Assembly (NCBI RefSeq): GCF_030144855.1 | Contig: NC_082714.1 | Location: forward strand, 94,674,001-94,738,000 | Length of the DNA stretch: 64,000 nucleotides | Reading direction: 5' to 3' | Origin: Hypanus sabinus | Lineage: Eukaryota | The notes under the pieces: generated by a model | What the model was told of the DNA's origin: nothing | Database searches by the model: none | What the model saw: only the letters and a program-made list of their open reading frames with translations | Part shown: positions 12,438 through 25,329 of the stretch, in pieces | How positions within the stretch are numbered: position 1 is the stretch's first letter | Layout of the letters: the number at the start of each line of letters is the position of its first letter | Made by a program: the position numbers and the translations under genes

Positions 12438-13003
12438 GTTTATTTATTTATTTTTCTTTAGTTATGGTAGAATTTGTTATATTTCGTTCATTTTGTGTGC
12501 CGTTTTAGATTGATTCCATCATACTTCTTATATTTACTGTGAACTCCTGGATGAAAATGAATCTCAGGGTCGTGTAATTAGACATACTAAATAACTTTAC
12601 CGTGAAAATTTTATTTGGAACACTCTTGACAACATTGATACTTTGATAATTTTGGTTTGTGATCCCATGTCTCTTTATTTTGCAACATATTCCGGGCCGT
12701 GTCATTTATTCTGTAAATCCTGCCGTGCTTTAATTTTTCCAGAAATGGAAATGGAAGCGTTCAAGGTACAATCATTGCGGACACTACCCAGCGAGAAAGC
12801 CTCCTTTATATTAAAAAATACTCCCTTCTTGAAAGTGGTATGTGGCTGCTGAAACAAAAACATCACACTATTATAAATGCTCGCTCCCAGGTATTTGATC
12901 CAGTCAGACATTCTAATTTGACCCCGCCTCCTGTGTTTATTTCCCACAACACTGCAGTACTTCAGCCAACTTTTAATAAAGCTCTTACATTGTAAATTCA
13001 TGC

Positions 13004-14063
13004 TGGTATGAATATATTTTGCACCTTTTATTCAATATCTGCATAATCGTTGGATGTTGTCAGCTTTCGTTGCTGTCGCACAACGTATTATAGCAAATTC
13101 CTAATGTATATAATTGTAGATGGCGAATGGAATTGAGCCTTGATCATTTCAAAATGCATCACTTCACATTTTTTATTTAAATTTCAACTGCTATTTCTCT
13201 GCCCACTTTCCCATTTGTTATCGATCTTATCGCAGCCCTAGGTAAACTTTTTCAGTCGCTGCGACAGTACCAATTTTAACGTCATTCGTATATTTACTAT
13301 ATTTTTCGGATTTTTGTGCCGCCTACGTTCTCATTAAAATCACTTATACGAGAAACAGAAATAGATCCAGCACTGCACCCCGCTGCACACCACTGGTCAC
13401 AGTCTCCGACGTAACTAACAATCCTTCCTAAATCCTTCCATGCAAGCGTATTTCCTAATCAGTCTCCAGTGTAATTAACAGTCCTTCCTAAATCCTTCCA
13501 CCAAGCGTATTTCCTACACCTTTGTATTCTGGACTCTTTATGATTTCACCTTCCAAAATGGTATGAATGTATTTTGCACCTGTTATTCAATGTCTGCATA
13601 ATCATTGAATGTTGTCAGCATTCGTTGCTGTCGCACAACACAATACAGCAAATTCCTAATGCATATAATTGTAGGTGGCGAAGGGAATTGAGCCTTGATC
13701 ATTTCAAAATGCATCACTTCACACTTTTCTTATTTAAATTTCACCTGCCATTCCTCTGCCCACTTTTCCAGTTGTTCCTGATCTTATCGCAGCCCTAGGT
13801 AAACTTTTTCACCAGCTGCAACACTACCAATTTTAACGTCATTCATCTATTTACTATATTTTTCGGATTTTTGTGCCGCCTACGTTCTCATACAAATCAC
13901 ATATGAGAAACAGAAATAGATGCAGCACTGAACCCCACTGCACACCACTTGTCACAGTCTCCAGTGTTACTAACAGTCCTTCCTAAATCCTTCTACCAAG
14001 CGTATTTCCTAATCAGTTGGACTTTGCATTTTGGACTCTTTATGATTCGGCCCACCTTGCAAT
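13004..14063. repeat. Tandem duplication of a ~555-bp LINE-derived segment
   Basis: TGGTATGAAT...TGGACTCTTTATGATT recurs at 13004 and 13559. Copy 1 also carries an internal ~55-bp duplication near 13406-13516. Confidence 0.85.
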
Positions 14064-15420
14064 AATTACAGAACATTTTTTCACGAATCGAATGCCGAAG
14101 GTAGTTGCCGAAATCATTTGTCGAGTATTTAAGGATCAATTGTGCTGCCATTTGCTCCGATATACAATTATTGCAACTGCTGCGTTTTCTGCACGACCTA
14201 GATTGCAATTCTAGCTAATAAGAATCACAAGCAGGTTTAATACTACAGCAGGCATATGTCTTGAAACTAGTTGTTTTGCGTCAGCAGTAAAATTCAATGC
14301 TTTAAAAAAGTATATTACAATAATGATACATTTGGGAGTTGTTCAAAAAAGAACGCAGAAATGATGAAGTAGCTATGATTGTCTATTCAGAATTGTGATC
14401 CCAGTGCAGATTAACCTGGTCCTAAAAGATTGAGTGTGTGCCATTGGGCTGCTGCACCTCCTTCTTGATTACTCCAGGTCATGTTCCAGGTGATGGGGTC
14501 ATTAATGGTGATAACTTGAAGGCATCCCTTTAATGTTCTGGCCTCATATTTCCAGTTATTTCTGTATTTAATATGACTGTGTCTACTCTTTGCCCCGTTA
14601 CCCTCATGCGACCGACAAAATCCATTCTACAATCCATTCATCAGTTATTTGCTTACTTACATTTTACACTGATTCACAGGGAGATGCAAATCGTTGTGTT
14701 CCTCGCAGATCCCCAGTATCTGATCCTCTTCCCCAGTTAGTTCGTTTTTATATTCTTTACCAGAATGGCCAATATTGTACTTACGCGCACCACAATGCAT
14801 TTGTCAGTTATTTATCCACTTTCTTGAACTACCTTTAAAAGCATTGACCTCGTTATGGTCCCCACAGAGCATATTTTTTGTAGCGGTCACCGTGTCCTGA
14901 GGAAGTTATGTAGTTGTATCCAGGTCATTTATATTAACTGAAACAAGTTGAAGTTTCAACACCAGTCCCCGGGGCACTATGTCTGTGTTCTCTTTTTTAA
15001 CAACATCCAGAGTGTGTCTACTTCCTAGTGTCCATAACTTAATTCACTCTTATCTAAAACACCATGACCATCATCCCCTATGAATACCAGTTGTTCCCTT
15101 TAGATCACATAAGGAAATGAATTTCTTTAGTCAGATAGTGGAGGTTATTGATTAGTAAGGGTGAAACGTAAAGGGGAGAAGGCAGAACAGTATGGTATGT
15201 CGGACAACAAATTAGCCAATATGGACTGGCGTAGAATACTTAAACGGGCAGAATGGCTTAATTCGGCTCCTATGTTCTCAGTCGATTCTGGGAATTCCTT
15301 GAGAAATCGTTTCATCACTTAAGTGAATCAGAATTTAGTAGGATCGTAGAAAAAAATTTGATGGTACGCACAGTCTCTTTCTGACCCTTGTCGTTCTAAT
15401 GCCCTCCGTTTTCCTCGCAG

Positions 15421-15513
15421 ACTACCTACGCTATTGTGGCTTTTAATGATGACACGAGAGCGAGGGGGCAAAGGGAAGAGAGGATATCGCTACACCGATA
15501 TTCTGTGCAGTAG
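15421..15513 (+). CDS. VJ-C1 receptor exon 6: terminal cytoplasmic exon with ITSM (TTYAIVAFNDDTRARGQREERISLHRYSVQ*)
   Basis: Strong acceptor ccgttttcctcgcag (15420) with a branch-like ttctaat upstream. The phase-0 frame starts with TxYxxV and ends at TAG 15511-15513. Candidate poly(A) signal ATTAAA at 15951-15956. Confidence 0.72.
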   Translation, partial: TTYAIVAFNDDTRARGQREERISLHRYSVQ

Positions 15514-15959
15514 AAGGTCTGCATTCGAGAATGGTTGTCAGTGACAGTTCCAAACAAGTGATGCTAATTTCCTGCGGTCTTGCGGGAGCCATGCCCAAGT
15601 AGCTGGCCATTCTCTACAGATGAAATGTATTTTTTCCCGTTATCTGCGTAATTAAGTTAGTTAAACAATGGTAAGCGATTTCTAAAGTGCCAAATTGAGA
15701 AACTATCAGCCCTTCTGAATATGCCAGCAACCTAGAGCATCAACTTGTGACACCTTTGAAACAATTTCTCCAACAGTTTTGCAAACCACGTTCCAAGAGG
15801 AATATTCAATCCCCTTTTGCAGACATGTGTTGTTATGGCTTGATGTTTTATATCCTCATTTTTACACTTTGGTTTACGGAATTTTGGTTTTCTTAAAAGT
15901 ATACATTCAATTTCACTTTGTATCTATGTATGGAAATTCTGCTTTATCAAATTAAAGAT

Positions 15960-16435
15960 TGTTAAGACTACACCAGTTACAAAGTAAGTTAAATCAGATT
16001 GGGCAACTGGAGCGTTGTATATTTTCAATTAGTGGCAGGAAATGAAACTGATGCCTTACCCACAAGCACATGCACAGCAACGGTGACGATTCAACGGTGA
16101 GTGATGACCCTGGCAAGAGACCACAAAATAATAAGCCAAAGGGGGACTAAAAAACAGATAAATTAGAAACAAAGCACAGCAGGCAACAAAGTATACTTTA
16201 ACCAGGCAGAGTAAAAACTAGGAGCTAGTTTGATGAGTGAACAAGGGCATTGAATAGGAACTAGGGTTAAATAGGCAGTGGATGAGGAGTCTGGAAAGAC
16301 CTGCAGGTGAATGCAATTAGCTGGATGGCGATTGGAAGGTGCCTGAATGTTCAGACTGAAAGGCGATTTGCTAATTGCATGCTATATCCAGCTGCAAGCC
16401 TCTCAGGTCAAAGATGTCCGGGTAAGAATCTAACA
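15960..16435. mobile_element. Possible solo LTR
   Basis: Bounded by TGTTA...TAACA inverted termini, with LTR-like composition. No matching TSD found. Confidence 0.3.
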
Positions 16436-19400
16436 AATGATTCAAGTGTCAGGTCTGAACCTGATTTTGTCCAACATTCACCGGTACTTAGTGTCCTGTA
16501 AACGTGCTTTCCCAGTCCTAAGTTTGCACTGTTTATCGAATATGCATTCTTTTAGCGTAAAGTTCCCGTAATGAAGATATGGACAGACGAGTGTTTTCAG
16601 TGAAATTTTGTAAATGATTGTATAAAGCCGCATAACTTTAATCAACAAGTACAATTAAAGCTGACATGCTGCCATCAAGAGTTGCACAAGAGCCTGAGGA
16701 CACACACAATTCTCAATTGAAAGCTTCTTCTCCTCTGCCATTTGATTCCTATATGGACAAGAATCCCATAACACGACCTCAATATTTTCCTTCTGTTTGC
16801 ACTGCCGACTTAATTCAATTTTACATACTGTACGATTTTATTGTAATTTATAGATTTCATTATTATGCATTCAAATTTAATGCAACAAGTTACAAGACGT
16901 ATGTCAGTTATATTATGAGTTTAAGTCAAGACCACCTCAAATCCTCCCACATTGCTTGAATTAACGAAGAGAACTCTGAGGTGGGGTTTGGTGGGGAGCC
17001 CAAAACGGAGAACAGGGAAGAGGTGCGTGAGTGGTAAGGCGGAGAATGGTCGAAGGGTCAGAGAGTGTTTGAAACGTTCACAATTAATGGATTGACGGCA
17101 TTGGTCTTCAAATAACAGATTTTGGTGGCGACTTACTTTGCTTAAGAAAGCACAACATACCTCTTACCCAATGAAAACACATAAGGCAAGAAGCAGAAGA
17201 AATACAGTTTGATTGTCGTCAGTAGGCACTGTTACAGATCTAAAAATAGCTTCCAGACTTATGGTAAGTGTGGAATGATTTAGCTCAAGCTCAAATTGAA
17301 TTTAATCATATTGTAAACTGTACGCATGTATACAGTCAAACGAATAGGCGTTCGTCTCCAGTCAAGGAGCAAGACACAGTACATAAAATTCATAAAAACG
17401 GTTGGGCAAAGTCAGTGGGCCAAGTAAGATTTTGTCTGTATTGCAATAATTTCCAACTTCTACAGATCTTCTCCCGTCTGTGACAATACGTATAACTTAC
17501 ACAAAACATAAAATTATATCATTACAAATATAATACCTAAAAGTAAAATAAATTCCATTAGATCAACAGTTAATGAATCTTCACTTCATCAACGATTCCC
17601 AAAATAACTGTGCGATATTATTTCCCTTTAGCAAAAGCTCGTTGTGGTGCTGCTGGGACGTGGGTATCGTTCATGCACCAGAAGATGGAGGTATGGGAAT
17701 ATCCATAGGGGTTGAGCAATTCCCTCCAGGCAGAAGGAAGTTACATAATGGGCATGAGAAGGGCATGCGGATCTATTCTGTCCCCTGCATCCCTCAATAT
17801 CCACGCTGTATTCCCTCAAAGGCCAAAAATATCCTGGTCAGATGCGGCGGCAGCAATTCTCTAACTGCTTCAGGTCTTATCCAGTTGCTTCGGCTCTCCA
17901 GATTCAAGATTCAAGACTGCTTATTGTCATTCTTCCATATAAGAATATAGGAATGGGAAAAATATATATTTACTTGGGGTCTGACACAGCATGAGCAACA
18001 GAATGAGAACATAATGAAAAAACAAACAAAACGAAATGCTATAAAGTTAAATGCAATCCTATAAAACACAATATAAAGCAAATCGTTGTGCGGCACACTA
18101 AGTTCTAATCCTTCGTGGAATGACATCGAAATTGAACATTGATTAAAGCAACACCCGTTTATTATCATATTGCAATATATTTAATTTGGACGAAAAAAAA
18201 TAACACTGAGGGAATCTTTAAGGTGAAGATTTACGCAAACTATGCAAGAAGCCTCTGGTCTTCACTAAAATATTTCAATCGCAGCATAAATATTAATCCA
18301 ACGTTTTAATCACAGAATAAATGAGCCCGTAGAAATCTCGTCAATTGTAGATTGTTATAAAATGATTTGCTCAGAAGGTTTTAGTGTGAGTACGGGTTCG
18401 GTCCAAATCTTTGGAATCCACCAAGATAGAAGCCAACCAGATTCTCATCTGTAGGCAGCAGAGAATGCAGTGAACTTGAGTGAGGCGTAAACGATCGGCA
18501 CTCGGAACTGGAATGTAGACTAAACGCTGGTAAATTAAGATATCACACATATACTACCATTCTGCCGTTGTCATGATCTATCATTGTTTAAAAGGCTCAC
18601 GACTGTGCCGACGTTCCTCTGCGAGTCACTACTTAAATATCTTCAGAGCAAATTAGTAAAATATGACTACCGTTTCATAAGTACATGCTGATTCTGTTCC
18701 TACCCATCATTCTTTTGTACCCAATCCTAAACATTAAGTTTATGAAACTTTTATTAGGGTTCAATCAGCGGGTGCTAAGCCCCACTGCCGTGTCCTTGAC
18801 GATGGGTCCCTTTGTTGTGAAACAGCATGCATTCGAAGCATTATTTGATCTGGCCAATTTATAATTAGCTTCAGAAATATCGTAACTGTTAGCAATCCCA
18901 GATATGACAGTAGTTCCCAACATACCAGCAGTCTCTATACGCTAATAGTTTCTCATTATTTCACGTTCACCAAAGGCTATCAGAAGAGTCGTGACTTTCC
19001 AATACTGAAAGCCACAATATAAAACACAATCAGAACAGTCCGAAAGTTCCTAGAATTTTAGAAATTACTACACTCCACCAGGCCAAATACCTCAGATGTT
19101 ACCAGTCTGAGCTGCGAAAAAGTAAATGCCATAGTAATGCAGGCTCAATAGTCAAAATATTATTATAATTATCAGTATGATAATTATCAGTATGTGTCGT
19201 ATGATGTGTGCGATCATGATGCGTGACCATGATAGTTTTTGACAAATTCTACAAAATTGGATTGTTATTAACTTCCCCTGGGCAATGTCTTTAGAAGATA
19301 GTTAACAGTGCTCATAAGATTTCCTACTTGGCGCTGGCGGTCGCATAGCCAGGGTTTCTACTATGCACCAACGGCTCCTATGTCCATCCAATAACTCCTT

Positions 19401-19673
19401 TCATGACTGCACGGAGAGATAAGGAGTTGCCACACCTAGCCCAAAGGTGAATCGCTGCCTAGTGACTCTTTGGCAGACGGGCATCTCCACCCCTCCATCC
19501 AAAGTAAAAATATAGCACTGTCAACAGGCACTTTTTGTATACCCATATGAAAGTATTTATTACGCGTAATACCTAGGCCTCAAACTGATCTGAAAAATAT
19601 AAACTGAAATGCCATATTTTGTAAATATCCATATTTTATAAAACACCGTGTACACTTGAGCAACACATACATA

Positions 19674-19790
19674 ATGCTGGTGGTGCGACTGTGCTTCTTC
19701 CTATAGATGCTACCTGGCCTGCTGCGTTCCACCAGCATTTTATGTGTGTTGCTTGCATTTCCAGCATCTGCAGATTTCCTTGTGTGCACT
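19674..19790. mobile_element. Penelope terminal-repeat fragment
   Basis: CCTATAGATGCTACCTGGCCTGCTGCGTTCCACCAGCATTTT is homologous to the terminus at 23557-23640. Confidence 0.7.
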
Positions 19791-21315
19791 TGAACGTACT
19801 TAGATGAACACTACTTAGGACAGAAAGATAAAGACGAATTACAGACATTTAAAAAATACCCAGCAGTCTGATAAAACGTTTAAGGATATATTTTCATCAA
19901 ACCGGATTTAGCACTGGATTCCAGCAAATGCAATTGCTATAAGAAAACTTCGCTTAGAGCTGAAGACTTCTTCAGGGAGGGATTCCTTGTGGCAATTCAA
20001 ACCTGCTGGGTAACAGTAAAATACTAAAAAAATACAAAATAAAAGGCTAACAAATTCTGCCGATCAATGCCGAAAATGCCAGGAGAAAATAGAAAAATTC
20101 GGAGACAACATAGAATCCTGCAGCAATTAATCTCAATCTGCTTACTTACAGAGGCATAATCAAATGGGGGGAAAAAACATTACTCAGCATCATGTCAAGT
20201 TTTAGCAGCTTGAAAAAAATATTACAAGAACAATATTATTAGGAAAATGCACAGAGACACCTCTGAAGGAAACACGTTTTCTGGGACTTGATATATCTCT
20301 TCCCTCAGATCCCCATTATCGAGAATTTCAGCCCAATTCGTCCACTCCCCGCCAGTACGCTTACCTGGGACCTCCATTCAAAACTCATTAGCTGCAATGA
20401 TCGAACAGAGTCTCCATGTAGGGACTGCCGCAACCGTTAATAGTTATTGTTTGTGAATATGTTTGGGATAGGTGTAGCCTCAGCTTATCTACGTTCTTTA
20501 GAGATTCAAATAAAAATGGAGGATAACCAGAAAGACAAAGATTCTAAAGAAGATCGTTGTGGGAAGACTCCAGCCTAGAAAAAGAGAATTCTTGTTTGGT
20601 GAAATCATTGCTTCTAAAAATATTTTGCTCTGCCTTTGATTTGGTTGTAACTTAATGATCTAATAAGATCAACTTTAAATCTAAACAGAAAGTAAAATAA
20701 CATTAAACTGAACTCATCAAGCGTTATGATAGATTCGTACAGCATAGGGTGCTACCATGCACACCTGCGATATTTTAACATCAAAGGATACCATCAGTGG
20801 ATGTTAATTTTAATCATTTGTAGATAATTCTTTATCTGTATAATTGTTAATTATTCTTGACCTCTGTTGTACGCCATGCCCTGACCAGCACACCACAGAA
20901 AATTACTTCTACATGTATATGTATATGTCGAATAAATTTGACCGTTCATCCTTAAGCCACATTGTATGATTAGAAACCCCTGGAAAAGTCAAGTGAAGAT
21001 TGATTCAAAGAATGAAATAGCACGAGGCCATAAGCATGAGGCCGTTTCTCCGCTCTACGTCGCAGTCCACTTGTCCTTTCCTATCATTTCCCTGGTTCAC
21101 CTTCCCAACTTGGAAGCCCAACTCCTTTTTTTCCCTTGCGGTTGTGCCAACTTCTTGGAAGCCTCTCCCAACAGCACTGTGAGAACATCACGGACACTAG
21201 AGAGTTGTGAAGGAGGACGAACCTCAGCTCCTCAAAGGGCTATTAGTGTTGGGAAGTCAGTGACGATCTTGCTGGAGATAAGCAGACCCTTAAAAATGAA
21301 TAAATACAAGTTGAT

Positions 21316-23653
21316 CAACAACACACACACAAAATGCTTATGGAACACAGCAGGCCAGACAGCATCTATAGTGAGAAGCGGGCCGAGACCCTTCGTCAGG
21401 ACTAACCGAATGGAAAGATAGCAAGAGATTTGAAAGTAATGGGGGGAGGAGGAAATGCAAAATGATAAAATGATAGGAGAAGACCAGAGGGGGTGGGATG
21501 AAACTAAGAGCTGGAAAGCTGATTGGCGAAAGTGATACAGATCTGGAGAAGGGAAAGGATCATGGGACGGGAGGCCTTAGGAGAAAGAAAGGTGGGGGGG
21601 GGGGAGCACCAGAGGAAGGTGGAGAACTGGCAAACAAATAAATATGTCAGAGATGGGGAAAGAAGGGGAGGAGGGGCTTTAACGGAAGTTAGAGAAGTCA
21701 ATGTTCATGCCATCAGGTTGGAGGCTACACAGCTGGTATATAAGGTGTTGTTCCTCCAACCTGAGTTTGGATTCATTTTGACAATAGAGGAGGCCTTGGA
21801 TAGATATATCAGAATAGGAATGGGACGTGGAATTAAAATATGTGGCCACTTGGAGATCCTGCTTTTCTGCAGAACCGAGCGTAGGTGTTCAGAGAAAAGG
21901 GCTTGCAGCCTGCGTCGTGTCTCACCAATATATAAAAGGCCACACCGGTAGCACAGGACGCAGCATACCACACAAGTCAACTCACAGATGAAGTGTCGCC
22001 TCACCAGTAAGGGCTGTCTGGGGCCCTGAATGGTGGTGAAGGAGGAAGTGTAAGGACAGGTGTAGCCCTTGTTCCGTTTACAAAGATAAGTGCCAGGAGG
22101 GGGATCGGTGGGAAGGGATGGGGGGAAGAGTGTACAAGGGAGTCGCGTAGGGAGCGATCCCTGCGAAAAGCAGAAAGGGGGGAGGGAAACATGTAGTGGG
22201 ATCCCGTTGGAGGTGGCGGAAGTTACGGAGAATTTTATATTGGACCTGGGGGCTCGTGGGGTGGTAGGTAAGGACAAGGAGAACCCTATCCCGAGTGGGG
22301 TTGGTGGTGGATTGGGTGAGGACAGATGTGCGGGAAATGGGAGAGATGCCTTTGAGAGCAGAGTTGATGGTGGACGAAGTAAAGCTACTTGGTTTGAAAA
22401 AGGAAGATATCTCCTTTGTCCTGGAATGAAAAGCCTCATCCTGAGAGCAGATGCGGCGGAGACGGAGGAATTGTGAGAAGTGGATAGCATTTTTGCAAGA
22501 GAGAGGGTAGGAATAGGAATAGTCGAGGTCGCTGTGAGAGTCTGCAGGTTTATAGCAGATATCAGTAGATAGGACGTCTCCAGAGATGGAGATATCTGCC
22601 CTCACCCCATCCACCCGCCACCCCACTCGGGATAGGGTTCCCCTGGTCCTTAACTACCACCCCACCAGCCTCCAGGTTCAAAGTATAATTCTCCCTAACT
22701 TGCGCCACCTTCAAAGGGATCCCACTACCAAACACATTTTTCCCTACCCACCCTTTCTGCTTTTCGCAGGAATCGCTCGCTACGCGACTCCCTTGTTCAC
22801 TCATCACCCCCATCCCTTCCTACCGATCTCCCTCCTGGCACGTATACTTGTAAACACCTGCCTTTACACTTCCTCCCTCATCACCATTCAGGGCCCCAGA
22901 CAGTCCTTCCAGGTGAGGCGACATTTCACCTGTGAGTTGGCTGGTGTGGTAAACTGTGTCCGGTGCACCCAGTGTGGCCTTTTTTTATATTGCTGAGACC
23001 CGACGCAGACTGCGAGACTGTTTCGCTGAACACCTACGCTCGGTCCGCCAGAAAAAGCAGGATCTCCCAGTGGCCACACATTTTAATTCCACTTCCCATT
23101 CCCATTCTGATATGTCTATCCATGGCCTCCTCTATTGTCAAAATGAATTCAAACTCAGGTTGGAGGAACAACACCTTAGATACCGGCTGGGGAGCCTCCA
23201 ACCTGATGACATAAACATTGATTTCTCTAACTTCCGTTATTGCCCCTCCTCCCCTTCTTACCCCATCCCTGACATATTTAGTTGTTTGCCTGTTCTCCAT
23301 CTCCCTCTGGTGCTTCCCCCCCCCCCACCAACTTTCTTTCTCCTGAGTCCTCCCGTCCCATGATCCTTTCCCTTCTCCAGCTCTGTATCACTTTCGACAA
23401 TCACATTTCCAGCTCTTAGTTTCATCCCACCCCCTCTGGTATTCTCCTATCATTTTGCAATTCCCCCTCCCCCCATTACTTCAAATCTCTTACTATCTTT
23501 GCTTTCGATTAGTCCTGACGAAAGGTCTCGGCCCGAAACGTCGACAGCGTTTCTCCCTATAGATGCTGCCTGGCCTGCTGTGTTCCACCAGCATTTTCGT
23601 GTGTGTTGTTGTTTGAATTCCCAGCATCTGCAGATTTCCTCGTGTTTGCTCTT
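21316..23653. mobile_element. Penelope-like element with inverted (head-to-head) arms and a 15-bp TSD
   Basis: A GIY-YIG motif occurs on both arms: CGLLYIGETRRRL..EHLRSV on - and FYIAETRRRLRDCFAEHLRSV on +. The - arm also has the RT thumb (YKPADSHSDLDY...SQFLRLRRICS). The junction is near 22593. TAAATACAAGTTGAT flanks both ends (21301-21315, 23654-23668). Confidence 0.88.
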
Positions 23654-24599
23654 TAAATACAAGTTGATAGTGACTGAGACATTAGTGAACCAATTAATAT
23701 TCTAGCAAACCCAAAACGATAAGGTACAGGAGGAGAAATAGGTCTTACGGACTTCGCGTCTGCTCCACCTTCCACCACAGATGAGTATAAATTTTCTTAG
23801 TGTAAAACGTTGCGTCACGCTGATCTGGTTCAATGGTGTGATGAATCCTCGTCTTTTCCGCACCCCTTAGTTTTGCGATGCACTACAAGCTCTACTGGTT
23901 CCTTTGAATTCGTGTTGGACCAGCACTTTTTCAGATTATAGCACTGTTGCTCTAGTCTGGGCCAAACGTCTCTGGATAGCTCTGTCCTTCAGTGATCTGT
24001 AGATGACAATCTAGTTGAAGGTACAGCCGCGGACCAGACACAAACTGACCCTTTCTTCTCAGACGGCAGGACAAATATCAAGATGTAGGACACGTTGGTG
24101 TAGCTATCTGGGTAGAGATTGGGATACGGTTAATCCCATCTTCACCTGAAGTACGTGCTTGAGTATAATCCAACTGTCAAGTTCACTTACCTCCAACAAG
24201 GAGTGTGGGTCCTTTCACAAACGTGGAACAGCAATCGGTTCCAATACAGTGGTCGGGACCCGAATTCTCCACCGTGACCTTCCGTCTCTCTGGAGTTATT
24301 CTTTAAATAGTCCTACAGCCGGTCTTTTGGTAGTTCGAAGATTGGATAGCTACCAGGAGCTAGTCACACACGTTTTGCACCACAGAAATTGGCTCACGAC
24401 TTCCAATTTCTGCGTGAGTTTACAGTTCAGTTCTGACCGACATCTGCAGTTAATGCATCCGGACTCGCAGGAATAAAAGGCTCGTGTTCAGCAACTGGTA
24501 ACAGTTCATGAAAGTTATTTACTGCGGTTCGAACTAGCTAGAAATTAATCACATTGCTTGCAAATTAAAATGCGCTGACATTTTCTGCTTTATGTATTG

Positions 24600-25090
24600 G
24601 CTAATGGAGGTCTACAACATCTAATGCTGGGGCAGCAGGCTGAGGGTAGCAGAAACCAACAGAATCAACAAACTCATTCGTAAGGCCAGTGATGTTGTGG
24701 GGGTGGAAGTGGACTCTCTGACGGTGGTGTCTGAAAAGAGGATGCTGTCCAAGTTGGACAATGTTGGACAATGTCTCCCATCCACTCCATAATGTACTGG
24801 TTAGGCACAGGAGTACATTCAGCCAGAGACTCATCTCACCGAGATGCAACACTGAGCGTCATGGGAAGTCATTCCTGCCTCTGGCCATCAAACGTTACAA
24901 CTCCTCCCTTGGACTGCAGACAACCTGAGCCAATAGGCTGGTCCTGGACATTTCCACTTGGCATGATTAACTTAATATTATTTAATTATTTATGGTTTTA
25001 TATTGCTATATTTCTACACTATTCTTGGTTGGTGCGACTGTAACGAAACCAAATTTCCCTCGGGATCAATAAAGTATGTCTCTCTGTCCG
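24600..25090 (+). mobile_element. Rex1/Babar LINE 3' end
   Basis: Decayed RT C-terminus followed by AATAAA and a tail at about 25068-25095. Confidence 0.55.
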
Positions 25091-25329
25091 TCTGTATTAC
25101 GGTGCCTTTTCCGAAGTCTATAACATTTTGCAGATCAGAACAAGAGAGCTTCATAAAATACATATAACTTGCCCAATCTTTAGTAATCGGTATTTTTATG
25201 CTATTTCAGAGGGTGATGTGGGTCGGCTAAGTGGGAGAGGTCGTGGGGTGGGAACATTATTATCAATTTATTATTTTGCTCCGTACAAACTGAAAACCTG
25301 TACACATATGTACAAATGACGCCTATGTC

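Noticed and set aside
20309-20391. Possible alternative terminal exon (D)PHYREFQPNSSTPRQYAYLGPPFKTH* after a good acceptor
   Set aside because: It lies beyond the predicted last exon and poly(A) signal, with no homology support. It cannot be separated from chance without RNA data.
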